Source of the DNA: Octopus vulgaris
Lineage: Eukaryota
Reading direction: 5' to 3'
Assembly: GCA_951406725.2 (NCBI GenBank)
Contig: OX597815.1
Coordinates: forward strand, 204,352,001-204,416,000
DNA length: 64,000 nt
Part shown: one piece after another, positions 26,953 to 39,569 of the stretch
How the letters are laid out: each line of letters begins with the position of its first letter
Position numbering within the stretch: position 1 is the first letter of the stretch
Notes under the pieces: model-generated
Told to the model about the DNA's origin: nothing
The model's input: the letters and a program-made list of their open reading frames with translations, nothing else
The model's database searches: none
Position numbers and translations under genes: made by a program

Positions 26953-27120
26953 TAGTATCAGTGACAAGCAGTGATTAGGCTTAAGGTGAACTTCAGATTA
27001 GTTAGAATATGTTTGTGGCATATTTCAACTTCTAAAGGCAAATTTACCGCATTTGCCGCGGTGCAAAAAGCATACATACACACATACACACACACATACA
27101 TACATACATACATACATACA

Positions 27121-27154
<34 letters not shown>

Positions 27155-27201
27155 CATACATATCATGAACTAACTGTTACTTTCTCAGATGCAGCACGAA
27201 G

Positions 27202-27255
27202 TTTTGCCAGTGTACAGGTCGGAGCTTCAAAGCGACGAAAATATTTTGTCACAAA
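27202..27255 (+). ncRNA. Degenerate G3:C8 hammerhead-like motif (second copy of the 43874-43924 family)
   Basis: TTTTGCCA-GTGTACA-G-GTCG...CGAC-GAAA-ATAT-TT-TGTCA; downstream sequence is also homologous to 43790-43870 and 7215-7266. Confidence 0.45.
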
Positions 27256-27342
27256 TCAAATTTAAAAGTGAAACTAGTGGGGTTTTTTTGTGTTTCTAAA
27301 TGGCTTGCAAACATCTTCCTCGCTGCAAAAATTCTCTTATAT

Positions 27343-27648
27343 AGTAAAAGTGTGTAAAAACACCATATCTGCACTGTGCTATCCCTTATCGGAGTCCCAG
27401 ACTCAGCGTTTCTAATTCTTTAGCCATCAAAAATGGGAAATCCTGAATCGAGGTTAACTCTGAGCAGATTAAACGCCATAGTTTTAATTAAAAACAGTCA
27501 ACAAGATTGACTGAATTGTGTCATTGGCCCGCCCGGTTTGAAATTCGGTATTTCCCATTGATAACAGCTAGAAAGATAAGAAATGCTGCGTCTTGGAATC
27601 CGATAGAGAGCAGCACTAGACAGATGACGCTTTTTTTACACCTTTACG
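27343..27648. mobile_element. Decayed palindromic MITE-like element
   Basis: GTAAAAGTGTGTAAAAA...TATCGGAGTCCCAGACTCAGCGTTTCT...AATGGGAAAT is mirrored by ATTTCCCATT...AGAAATGCTGCGTCTTGGAATCCGATA...TTTTTACACCTTTAC. Confidence 0.7.
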
Positions 27649-27818
27649 AAAAGAGTGATTTTTTTTCTCCACGGTAAATGCAGTAAAATTGTCTTTAGAA
27701 GTTGAAATGACTAACCTAAAGTTCACATGTGAGGGGTGTGCGCGCGCATGTGTGTACGTGTGTGCAGACATATATGCATACATACATATATAGTTACATA
27801 TATATATATATGCATATA

Positions 27819-27873
<55 letters not shown>

Positions 27874-27876
<3 letters not shown>

Positions 27877-28286
27877 CGCAGGAGTGGCTGTGTAGTAAGT
27901 AGCTTGCTAACCAACCACATGGTTCCGGGTTCAGTCCCACTGCGTGACACCTTGGGCAAGTGTCTTCTCCTATAGCCTCGGGCCTACCAAAGCCTTGTGA
28001 GTGGATTTGGTAGACGGAAACTGAAAGAAGCCCGTCGTATATATGTATATATATATGTGTGCGTGTGTGTTTGTGTGTCTGTGTTTGTCCCCCTAGCATT
28101 GCTTGACAACAGATGCTGGTGTGTTTATGTCCCCCGTCACTTTGCGGTTCGGCAAAAAAGACCGATAGAATAAGTACTGGGCTTACAAAGAATAAGTCCC
28201 GGGGTCGAGTTGCTCGACTAAAGGCGGTGCTCCAGCATGGCTGCAGTCAAATGACTGAAACAAGTAAAACAAAAGAAAAGAAAGAA

Positions 28287-28288
<2 letters not shown>
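27874..28288 (+). mobile_element. SINE family A
   Basis: Complete unit. Confidence 0.92.
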
Positions 28289-28328
<40 letters not shown>

Positions 28329-28649
28329 CATATAAAGATTTTGTCTTCTACACCAGTGAGAAATTAAATGAGATGACTGAAGTTACACCTTCAAGAGAGT
28401 AAATAATGCTATGTCATGATGACGTCGGTAAAGCAAAAACAGTGTCCCACAACAGCTGTCCTTTCATATTCAGACAACAAAAGTAATTTTTTTTTCTTTT
28501 CACCTCTTCAGATCGCTTTCTTTTTCATACGGAATTGATCGCAGACGCCAACAGTCACATGCTTACGTTTCTTTCAAGAGAAATATATGTTCAGTAACTT
28601 CATAAAACAAAAGTTCATCTTCTTATCTTTATGTGTGTGTGTATCTTTG

Positions 28650-28869
28650 TATTCTTTTAATCTTTTACTTCTTTCTGTAATTTGACTGCGGCCGTACTGG
28701 AGCAAATCGACCCTAGGGCATATTTTTTTTAAAACCTAATACTTATTCTGCCGGTATCTTTTGCCGAACTACTAAGTTATAGTGAGTGCGCAAACATGCC
28801 AACACCGATTGTCAAGCAGTGACGGCGGGGGACAAATACAGACACAAAGACACACACACACACACACAC

Positions 28870-28938
<69 letters not shown>

Positions 28939-29308
28939 TAATCAGAAATATTAAATTTCTAAATATCTCATAGAGATATGTACGGTGGTGGGGCGAAAGA
29001 GTGGTTGTATACTGTCAACTTAACGTGACAGTCCTGTAAGGGAATTACACCACCGTTGTTTAACCCTAGGAAGCATCGACGGTTCTTGTCGGCCTTGACA
29101 CATTTCCTGTGTCCTTATATATTTACGAACACCCTGAAACATGCGTGTCTCAAGATGCAGGCCTAGCTGTTGGGGGTATTTGTCTCCCCTTCGTAAATAT
29201 ATAAGGACACAGGAAATGTGTCGAGGCCGACAAGAAGCGTCGATGCTTCCTAGGGCTAAACAGCGGTGATGTAATTCCCTTCTGTCACGTTAAGTTGACA
29301 GTATACAA

Positions 29309-29404
<96 letters not shown>

Positions 29405-29494
29405 ACGGTCTTCTTTCAGATTCCGTCTATCAAATCCACTCACAGAGCTTTGGTTAGTCCGATGCTATAGTAGAAGACACGTGCCAAAGGCGCC
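28650..29494 (-). mobile_element. Older SINE family A copy split by an insertion in its internal microsatellite
   Basis: 3' half at 28650-28850, continuation at 29403-29494; the palindrome at 28998-29315 sits between them. Confidence 0.7.
28998..29315. repeat. Long fold-back palindrome (~130-bp arms, 60-nt spacer)
   Basis: Arms 28998-29129 and 29190-29315, with a few substitutions and one indel. Confidence 0.92.
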
Positions 29495-29836
29495 TTCTAG
29501 AAGATAAACTCATATCAAAAAGAAACAAATTTCAAATGCAGTTTGTGTCTGGTCGCCTTCACTTCTGTTGTGTCTCTGCTTTTATAGAGGATTGCCCTGA
29601 AAATTGTATCCAGTTTTGTGCAACGTTTTATCCACTCAAAATAATTTCAAAAAAAACTCCTTAAATTGTCGGAACGTTTGCATGGATTTATTGAGTTTAG
29701 GTCGTCAACTTGGTTACGAATTGACTTCTACCTATGTATAGATAGATAGATAGATAGATAGATATATATTGGCAACTAAAACCTTTACTGGTAATAGCCG
29801 GCTGTAGTTGTAACTTCACATACATACATACATACA

Positions 29837-29870
<34 letters not shown>

Positions 29871-29936
29871 CATAGAGACATACATACATACATACATACA
29901 TACATACATACATACATAGAGACATACATACATACA

Positions 29937-29968
<32 letters not shown>

Positions 29969-29979
29969 CACATGCATAC

Positions 29980-32900
29980 AGAATGGCCGTCCACTCGTGA
30001 CCGAGGAAGACCATTGCTGACCTTCAGGAATATTGTGCGCTCTAGGACTAATATTTTGCATTTGCAGCACCGTTGGTGACTAATGGGCCCTACTCATGAC
30101 AAGCATACACGACCGCAAACATTGCAAACCAAGCTTTTCCCATTCCTTACACCAACAGAGCGCTTTCGAGCAACATGCTAAAGTTCTTCATCTAGAATAC
30201 GTGCTCTCTCAAACTCTCAAAAATGCTGACCCCCTCCTTAACCTGCTTCCTCCATCTGTGGCGATGACAGGCATTGCTCTCCCAGTTAGCCTCCTGCATA
30301 TCACAAGCCTATAAGGAAAACTTGACACAGTCCTTAAATCGCAGCCTTGGCTTCTGTCGGGATCTCTTTCCATTAACAAGTTCCCCATATAGCATCTGCT
30401 TGGGGATCCTGCGATCCTTCATTCTAATAGACTATCCAGTCCAACTTAACCGGTGCTTTTCCACCATCGCTTCAAAACTCAATATATCAGATGTCCTCAG
30501 GACGTGTGTGTTTGGAGATTTTAAGGTCCAGCCAACATTCAGAATGTTCAAGGACTCTTACATAACGTTTGTAAAGGGCCCGTGTCTCACATGAGTAAAG
30601 GAGCGATGTCAGTACACATGCACGGTACACAGCAATTTTTGTTTGCTTTGTGATGCCATACTGGGACCAGTCTCGAAACTGAAGGGACCGGAAGGAATCA
30701 GTTGCTCTCTGCAGCCTGAAAGATGTTTCATCACCCAGGGAGCAAGAACGGCTTGTCTACCACTTTCAGAATTTTTCCTTCAACAAAGATAGCTGGTTCC
30801 ACATATGGATTTTCTGGTGCAGGCTAGAACATTACAACAGTCTTGTCTAGGCTAATGCTGGGGCCAAATGCCTTGCAAGAAGCAGAAATACGATTCATAA
30901 GTATTTGCATGTCATCCACTGTATGGGTGACAAAGTAGTGTGGAGGCGCAATGGCCCAGTGGTTAGGGCAGCGGACTCGCGGTCGTAGGATCGCGGTTTC
31001 GATTCCCAGACCGGGCGTTGTGAGTGTTTATTGAGCGAAAACACCTAAAGCTCCACGAGGCTCCGGTAGGGGATGGTGGTGATCCCTGCTGTACTCTTTC
31101 ACCACAACTTTCTCTCACTCTTACTTCCTGTTTCTGTTGTACCTGTATTTCAAAGGGCCGGCCTTGTCACGCTGAATCTCCTTGCGAACTACGTTAAGGG
31201 TACACGTGTCTGTGGAGTGCTCAGCCATTTGCACGTTAATTTCACGAGCAGGCTGTTCCGTTGATCGGATCAACCGGAACCCTCATCGTCGTAACCGACG
31301 GAGTGCTTCTTCTTCTAAGGGTGACAAAGTCACAGTCATCTGCATAAAGGAAGTCACGAATAAAAGACTGGGAAACATTTGAATTGGCACCAAATCGGCG
31401 CAGATTAAAGAGGTGGCCAGAAGATCAATTCCCAGAGAGCTAACCTTAGCAAAAGCATGAGTAAAAACAGCAGTAAAGTACACAGAAAAGATAGTTGGAG
31501 CAATGATGTTACCCTGCTTGACACCGTTCTCTACAGGAATGGGTCCCACCATGCCACCACCAACGTTGACCCAATCCTCCATTCCATCATGAAATGATTT
31601 AATTATAGATACAAAGTAATCCGGACATCCAAGTTTGCCAAGTATTTCCCATAGCAAGGCCCTATTCACAGTATCAAAGGCCTTCGTTAAATCAATGAAT
31701 ACCTGAACAAGATCCATATTCTACTTATAGCACTTCTCCTGCATCTGTCTTGCTTTGAAAATCATATCCATTGTCCCTCTACCATATTGGAAGTCACATT
31801 CGGATTCAGGTAGGACATCATTTACGAGACACCCATTTCAGGCGGGTAAGAAGAATGTTTGCCAGAACCTTGCCATCAGCTGATAGTAGAGCAATACCTC
31901 TGTAGTTACCACACATCATTCTGGCTCCTTTTCCTTTATACAGAGGAAGAATAATTGAATCCTTCCAATCCTTAGGCATTGCACCATCCCTCCAGACTAC
32001 ACTAATAAGTTCATGAAGGGACTGTATAATGTAACCACCACCAAATAACAAGACCTCAGCACAAATTCCATCCCTTCCAGGTCCCTAACCAAGATTCAAT
32101 TCACTTATTGATGCCATTACCTCATCTATTGAGGGCGTGGAATTTAAGGAGCTAATGATAGGTCTTTGTTGCATAGTATCGATCACTGTTTCATCCACAA
32201 CTGACTCATGGTTTAGGAGTTCAGAGAAGTTTTCAATCCAGCGACCTGTGATTCCTGTTTATTTAGTAAACAGAGTAGAAGACTCCTTGGAAAACAAAAG
32301 ATCCTATACGGAACTTTTAGGCCCTTAAACTTGCTTCATAAGATGGTAAAGCTTTTTGTTGTCATTTGCATCAGCAGCAGCCTGAACATCACGAACAAGA
32401 TCCTCCCACCAGGTGTTCTACATCTTCCTGAGAGATCGCTGCAGTCGTGATTTTACACTGCGGTAGTGGGCAAGTGCTAGATTTCACTGCACAGCGGAAA
32501 GTCCTCTGTGCAGCAACACATTGTGGGCATGGCGCTTTACAGCCAATAATCGCTGAACTTCAACATTATTTTCATCAAACCAGTCTCTGTGTCTGGCAGA
32601 AGAATATCTCAGTGTTTCGGCAGCACATTGTAGAACCTGGTCCCGAAAATCTTCCCATACTGTAGTATTTTCAAAGCTGAACAAGCGAGTCTGAGACTCT
32701 TTCCTCAACACAGCATCATATATCTTGCGGACATTCAGACGCCAAGGAATGCCGACTGGCCCTCTTCTCTCTTTCACTCTAATCCTCATCCGGAACTTTG
32801 CTCGGTCTGTCCAGCATTCCGATCCATGAAAGAACTTGACATTACAAATATCATAAATGTCTCTTGCAGATGATGACATAATCCAGAAAGTATCAAATTT

Positions 32901-33750
32901 TAGACATTGGATGCATCCACGTTGTTGTATGATCACCTTTGTGCATAAAATGAGTGCTTGCAATGTAAAGTCCATGTTCATCGCAAAGCTCCAGCAGCAT
33001 TGCTATTCGTTTTCCCTACACCAAAACGTCTTAGAAAGTTACATGTTTGCCACTCTGTTCCAACCCTGGCATTGAAATCCCCCGGTAGAATGACTTATCA
33101 AAATTGGGGATTTTCCTAATTATGGCTCTTAGTTTTATCTTCATCACAACTAGTCAAAGTAGGTGCATAGGCACTTATTAGAGTAAACAAACCGCCCACA
33201 TTTCAGATGCAATCGTAGTCATTAGACGTTCATTTATAGGAACAGGAAGCTCTTCTAACTTCTCAAGGATATCTGATCGAACTGCAAAGCCAACACCAGC
33301 CTCTCTGCGCTCCTTCTTCTGTCTCCCCTTCCAAACAAAGGTGTATCCACCTCCTACTTCCTCAAGCTGACCATCACCTTCTATACGAGTCTCTGAAAGT
33401 GTGGCTATATCAATGTTATAGCGGTTCAACTCGCGAGCAACAAGCACAGTGCATCTTTCAGGACTAGAGTCACTCTTGTTGTCCAACAGAGTGCACACCT
33501 TCCAACATGAAATGTTCGAGTTCCATCAAGATTTTGTAAATAGAAGTCTCTTCCGTTTTTGAGCGCAGAGTGGATATCCGTCAGTCGCACTAAACTGACC
33601 AGATATAGAAAGAGAGGCAATTTTTGGTTCACCTTTTCTAGAACCTCTCCGGCCTCCGGATGAGCAGTGCCCTCTTCAAATGGAGCTGCTCAGACACCCA
33701 TGCAGTAACCGAATCCTGCCTGGACGAGGAGAGCTGCTGCTGCTGGAAGG
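29980..33750 (-). mobile_element. RTE (BovB-like) LINE, near full length, decayed EN+RT ORF
   Basis: AP endonuclease ARELNRYNIDIATLSETR; RT motifs NYRGIALLS, FIDLTKAFDTVNR, GVKQG, FLYADDCDFV; many stops and frameshifts; 3' end abuts a (TATG)n tract. Confidence 0.95.
30937..31318 (+). mobile_element. SINE family C inserted in the RTE RT domain
   Basis: Full family C unit; 12-bp TSD GGGTGACAAAGT at 30925-30936 and 31319-31330. Confidence 0.93.
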
Positions 33751-33754
33751 CTAT

Positions 33755-34186
33755 GTTTTGCAGTAGGATTTGTCTCCTAGACATTACTCTGAAAAGAATC
33801 AGAATTGATCGTTGGAAAATTTCTATGATTCCAGCAGCCCCAGTTTCTAGCCTGTTAATCATACCGATTGTTATTTCATGGATTATTATGTCTAGGGTTC
33901 TGTTGAGAAAGACACCAACCGCTCTACTTTGCATCACCAAGGCCGAGCTGGTATTCGAACATCAAGTAAGTATTCGAAGATCTCAGAGACTCAGCGCGGA
34001 ATGCATGCGTAAGATCCGGAAACCATCTTGAGGCCCTGGTCGAAGGTAAAAGCAAACATTTTGAGAAAACTGTTATCTTCAGGCCATAATCTTATTGGTG
34101 TTTTTTGATTTTTAAAATACTTTATTTTTAATGGGATATTGGGTTTTCTTTTTCTTTTTATACTGTCAAATTTACCCGCAAACACC
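33755..34186 (+). mobile_element. DD37D (maT-like) Tc1/mariner transposase 3' remnant
   Basis: Q*DLSPRH...ENFYD..SPSF*P.NHTDC.FMDYYV*GSVEKDTN; 37 residues counted between the last two Asp; several stops. Confidence 0.78.
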
Positions 34187-34207
34187 ATATATATTTATAT
34201 CATTTAG

Positions 34208-34588
34208 TCTTTTACTTGTTTCAGTGATTTGACTGCGGCCATGCTGGAGCACCGTCTTTCGTTGAACAAATCGACCCCAGGACTTATTCATTGTAAGCCT
34301 AGTACTTATTCTATCGGTCTTTTTTGCCGAACCGCTAGAGTACGGGGACGTAAACACACCAACATCAGTTGTCAAGCGATGATGTTGGAGGGACAAATAC
34401 AGACACACGAATACATATATATACACAACAAGTTTCTTTCAATTTCCGTCTACCAAATCCACTCACAAAATTTTGGTCGGCCCGAGACTATAGCAGAAGA
34501 CACTTGCCCAATGTGCCACGCAGTGGGACTGAACCCGGAACCATATGGTTGGGTAGCAAACTTCTTCCCACACAGCCACGCCCGCGCA
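34208..34588 (-). mobile_element. SINE family A, diverged
   Basis: Colinear with the family A unit. Confidence 0.85.
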
Positions 34589-34594
34589 TATTCA

Positions 34595-34634
<40 letters not shown>

Positions 34635-34680
34635 TGTGTGTGTGTGTGTGTGTAGTAAGTTGAAATATAAGACTCCACCG

Positions 34681-34866
34681 TGTATTGTCTACAGAAAATT
34701 GTCTAATATTAGGGCAAATGAATCCCGTAACGAAAAGAAAAGGGACACTAGTGCTAATGTCCGTTTTGTGTGTGTGTGTGTTTTGTGTGTGTGTGTGTGT
34801 GTGTGTGATAGGGGCTTCAGGGGTTTATATGCCCCTAATATTAGACTATTTTCTATAGTCAATACA
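34681..34866. repeat. ~40-bp inverted repeat pair (MITE-like)
   Basis: TGTATTG.CTA.AGAAAAT.GTCTAATATTAGGG vs CCCTAATATTAGACTATTTTCTATAGTCAATACA. Confidence 0.65.
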
Positions 34867-35462
34867 AGATGAACAAAATTCTATTAATTATTTATTTATT
34901 GACGAACAAGTAATTGACTCATTAGTAACCTCAACTAGTGACGCTATTTTCCGCCAATTTAAAATAATATATAATAAATGAAATCATAAGACATTAGATA
35001 ATTAGAATTATATTTTGAAGCGTATGTTTTATGTATGTATTGAGAAAAGTGGTAGAGTTATCTCCCTGTAATTGCAAATGCGTTGATTTGTATTTAATTA
35101 TAATTACCTGTATTTTATGGTGTTTTCTTGCACCTATACAACAGCTAATTACATGATTTAATTTATATGCTATGCCTGATAATGTTATCTGTGTTTACCA
35201 CTTCAATTAAGTCCAAAAGAGAATTTAATTACGATAGATATTACACATGAATATTTTTAACAAGATTGAGTTATCTCCCTTCCATCGCTAAATATGTATG
35301 CCATAGAAATTTATAATATATTCTGTCGAAAGGTAAAAGGATACACTATTTCCTATCTTTCCTTCTCTCTCTCCCTCTTTCTCTCTCTCTCTCTCCTACC
35401 TACCTCTCTCTCTCTCTCTCTCTGTATGCATGTGAAGTATGTATGTGTGCATGCATGTGTGC

Positions 35463-35502
<40 letters not shown>

Positions 35503-35511
35503 GTATGTATG

Positions 35512-35880
35512 TTCATCCGAGACTTGGACCACGGGCTATACGTCCCCTGCCAAATTCAAGATCACAACATACATGTACACTGCAACATAATTTCTTTTCC
35601 TCAACAGGCCCTGCCCTATTTAACATTGTCCCGAGGGAGATCAAAGAGGAAAAAGATCCCATCAACTTCAAACAGAGTCTGGATAGATTCCTTCAAAGAA
35701 TACCAGACAAGCCACCCATAATTGGATACAACTCACCCAACAAGAACTCACTACTTGAACAAAACTTGACTTAAACAGGATTCGAATAATCCTATCAGGT
35801 GGTGCTATTAAGTTAGACATGGCCTGGACCAATCTCTGCTCGAAACATATCTAAGTTTTATCTAAGTTTTATCTAAGTTT

Positions 35881-35881
<1 letters not shown>
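35512..35881 (+). mobile_element. CR1/L2-group LINE 3' fragment
   Basis: NFFSSTGPALFNIVPREIK...FKQSLDRFLQRIPDKP is a typical CR1-group C-terminus; tail (ATCTAAGTTTT)3. Confidence 0.75.
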
Positions 35882-35911
<30 letters not shown>

Positions 35912-35932
35912 GTGCGTATATATATATATATA

Positions 35933-36001
<69 letters not shown>

Positions 36002-36179
36002 AGCATAAAATCCAGTACAACTTGTTGCATGGCCGGGACATTGACGATTAAACTGACTTACCGGGGGGAAACCCAGCACGTTTAAAAGCAAGACCTGTCG
36101 AAATGACCCCAGTGTAGGTTGAACAACTACCTACTAACAACACGGGCACTCAGAAATTCCGGGCTTTTGTTAAAGCGTG

Positions 36180-37070
36180 TCTCTAGGAGAAGTTCGCTCT
36201 TATATAAAACCCAGGTATTTTGGGGTATATTTTTTTGATTGCACTTGAGATGATGGCACTCTCATATTCTTGGACCTGCGACCCACATTGGCACAAAAAT
36301 CTTACCTTGGCTCGGTACTATATCATGTGAATATGGTATCGTTTAAACCGTATTGAGCCTAAACTTTTACACAAGAATTGCTTTGTACGAATATGACTTG
36401 AGGTGATTTGCTGGGAGGCCATCGGGACCAGATGCTGAGCTGAAGCTCATTTCATCTACGGCTACTGTTACATCTTCCTCCTCAATATCGATGTAATCGA
36501 TAGCTGCGCCTTCGTCTGCAATTGTTGACTGGACGCCTCACTTATCCTTTTCGGATCCGCGGTCAGTGAACCATTCCTTTGAAACAACAGTCCGCTTTTG
36601 TATTGTACCCTGAACGTTTCCTTTGCAAATTTATAAAAAGGTTTATGGTTTGTTTCCCACGGCTCAACTCTCTCTCCCTCTCTCTCCCACTCTCTCTCTC
36701 TCTCTCTATCCCCCTCTCTCTCTCTCTCTCTCTCTCTCTTACACACACACTCCTCCCTCTCTGTTTATTTCTTTTTTGTGGTAGAGTTTGAGTTTGTTTT
36801 CAATTTCCGGGAGTATTCGTCTTAAATTAGACTTCTTCCCATCCTTTTCTTATTTTCTCAATCTGTTTGAGACCATTGATCCGCATCTCAAGAATTTTCT
36901 TGTCGTTGAGAATCTTATTTGTAGGTATGCTAACCTTTCTTTCTGGGTTGCATATGACAAGCACTGTCGACATAAACTGATCTTGCATAGACAAATTTTC
37001 GGACCAGCTATGTTGGCGGATTTTTTGAGGAATAATTTCCATTTTTAAATCTCCGAATGAGATGTAAACA
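36180..37070 (-). mobile_element. Degenerate CR1-like LINE fragment(s)
   Basis: Minus-strand SASGPDGLPANHLKS (RT domain 0-like); heavily decayed and interrupted by (CT)n. Confidence 0.45.
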
Positions 37071-37084
37071 GTAACCGCTCGACA

Positions 37085-37536
37085 ACGTAAAGAGTGTACT
37101 AGCCACCTGAATGTGGCTAGCCACTGGGGGTGGGTGTTACTGAAGCTTTTAGCCCCAGGAGATCATCGTCTCCAGCTGGCTTTAGACACACTTTCTATGC
37201 CCTTCTGATATTCGCAAAGGGAGGTCATCCCCTCTCGAAAACCTAAGTGATACATACGGACTATAGTTTCGAGGTTTTTGCCTCTCGTCAACGTACGGTA
37301 ATCACCGGTTTTCGATTGGAGAGACCTGTTTGCGAATATCTATTTAATGTTTTCCCCAGCAAGCACTGTCACTGATTTAGAAAAACTGTAGGGGATGACC
37401 TCCCCTTGCGAATATCAGAAGGGCATAGAAAGTGTATCTAAAGCCAGCTGGAGACGATGATCTCCTGGGGCTAAAAGCTTCAGTAACACCCACCCCCAGT
37501 GGCTAGCCACATTCAGATGGCTAGTACACTTTACGT
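37085..37536. repeat. Long fold-back palindrome (~150-bp arms) with a ribozyme-containing spacer
   Basis: Arms 37085-37233 and 37390-37536 are nearly perfect reverse complements. Confidence 0.95.
37253..37297 (-). ncRNA. Minimal type I hammerhead ribozyme (C3U core variant)
   Basis: Minus strand: CGTACG-TTGACGA-GAGG(CAAAAA)CCTC-GAAA-CTATAG-TC-CGTATG. All three stems pair, GUC triplet, palindromic stem III. Confidence 0.75.
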
Positions 37537-37764
37537 CGAATTTCCATTTTGCTTTATTGAAATCTAAGTTGGATATGGCTTTAGTCTTTCTGATGGAGTA
37601 GATACCAGCAGTTCGCCAAGGACCATAATTTATTAGTTCTATAATGTTGTTGTCTAAAAGTACTGTTGGCCACACACATACATACACACACAAACATACA
37701 TACATACATACATACATACATACATACATACATACATACATACATACATACATACATACATACA

Positions 37765-37800
<36 letters not shown>

Positions 37801-37804
37801 TTTA

Positions 37805-38030
37805 AGGCGGCGAACTGGCAGAAACGTTAGCACGCCGGGCGAAATGCGTAGCCGTATTTCGTCTGCCGTTACGTTCTGGGTTCAAATTCCGCCGAGGTCG
37901 ACTTTGCCTTTCATCCTTTCAGGGTCGATAAATTAAGTACCAGTTACACACTGGGGTCGATGCAATCGACTTAATCCGTTTTCTGTCCTTGTTTGTCCAG
38001 TCTATGTTTAGCCCCTTGTGGGCAGGCAAG

Positions 38031-38034
<4 letters not shown>
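37805..38034 (+). mobile_element. SINE family B monomer
   Basis: Head AGGCGGCGAACTGGCAGAAACGTTAGCAC plus one Meta-like body. Confidence 0.9.
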
Positions 38035-38088
<54 letters not shown>

Positions 38089-38528
38089 TTGTGTGTCTGT
38101 GTGTTTGTGTTAGTTTTCCATCACCGCTTGACAAACGTTGTTGGTTTATTTACGTTCCGCTAATCAAGTGGTTCGGCAAAAGAAACCAATAGAATAAGTA
38201 TCAAAAGAGCACTTAGTGGTGATATGGCCACACTCTCTTTGCAATGGTTCAACAACCAAAAATGCTTCTGAGACCAGACTAGCAATTTCCAACTGATTTT
38301 AGGTCACTGATAATCAATGTCATGGTTAAAACTATTTGTTAGCTCTACTTTTCAAGATACACGTACGTGTCACGACAAGTTGCAACAGGCTTGCAGCAGT
38401 GTGCTTCTCACCACCCTCACAGACCCATTGCACTTCAGTATTGTCCCAACAGTCATAGGAGGTGATTGCGCTGTGCAAGTTTATACATCGAGCTTTCTTT
38501 GTCAAACGCTTTTTAAACTTATAATAAA

Positions 38529-38830
38529 CTAGCAAGTATCGTCCGGCGTTGCTCGGGTTTGTAAGGGAAATAACTATATAAGCATTTTTAGTGAGTTACT
38601 TCCCTTATATAATAGCAAAAAATGCTTTAAAAATGGGAAAAAATGATGTTAATTTTTTTTTTAATCGTAGACTCATCGTAGACGCGCGCTAATACCCAGA
38701 AGGGCTCGATATGAATCACGACTATAAGATACCCGCTTTTGGTTAAACTGCACCGCAAAATGTGGGAGTAGCTAGGAATCTAAATCGTAGGAGACAGACA
38801 CTCACACAACTTCACTTTTAAGTATAAAGA
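38529..38830 (-). mobile_element. Non-autonomous Helitron family H1
   Basis: 5' TC, 3' hairpin CCCGAGCAACGCCGG then CTAG; A|T insertion; no TSD. Confidence 0.88.
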
Positions 38831-39569
38831 TATTCATCGAGCAAGCGATTGCTGCATTATGGCCGGGCTGCGCATCGCCTTTGAAAAGAAACTTATGAGA
38901 ATATAATGTATATGTTGCAACGCATAAAATGTGATGGACATCAATGGTAGCTCTGTGATGGCTTAAAGGTTGAAGGTCTTGCGATGGGCTTGCAGAGCGG
39001 ATCAGTGCACTTAACTATGTTAGTAAATACTTAAGTGGCCATCTGGAAAAGCTACTGTTTCCGAAAGGAGAAATAAACCAGCTAACGCACACGTTCCAAA
39101 TACATTTGTAAGCGGTAAAAATATGCAATCCTTTTGTCAAGTTCTAAATAATTAAAAATACAACATATTTCCCCGATGCTCTTTCATCATATATGAAACA
39201 TATTCACAATTTTTTTTCAGGTTAACTTGAGACTTATAAAAGAAAATTTTTTATATTACTCAGAACGTATGGAGCAAGGACTAACCAAAAGTCTAAAACA
39301 AGCATGGACATTTAGCTCAAACTTATGAAACTACTTTGAACATGCAAATGATTAAACATTGGCAGAAAGGAAAAAATTTAATTTGTAGTTCTTGCAAATT
39401 TCTGAATGTTCGACTATAAAAATAATTTGAACGCACATTTTAGGCAGAAGCAGAGTTTGACTTACCGGAGCCGAAAAACAACATACAAAAAGAATATTAA
39501 CCCATCTAAGCAATGATTTATTTAATTTCCGTTGAAAAATTCAAACTTTTTATATCTTGGCGGTGAAGC

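Noticed and set aside
31073-31264. Near-identical small ORF MVVIPAVLFHHNF… in three copies (4959, 31073, 59351)
   Set aside because: It lies inside SINE family C; the conservation reflects repeat identity, not a gene family.
33660-34031. 123-aa ORF with a GTAAGT donor as a host exon
   Set aside because: Another frame of the same DNA is a decayed DD37D transposase.
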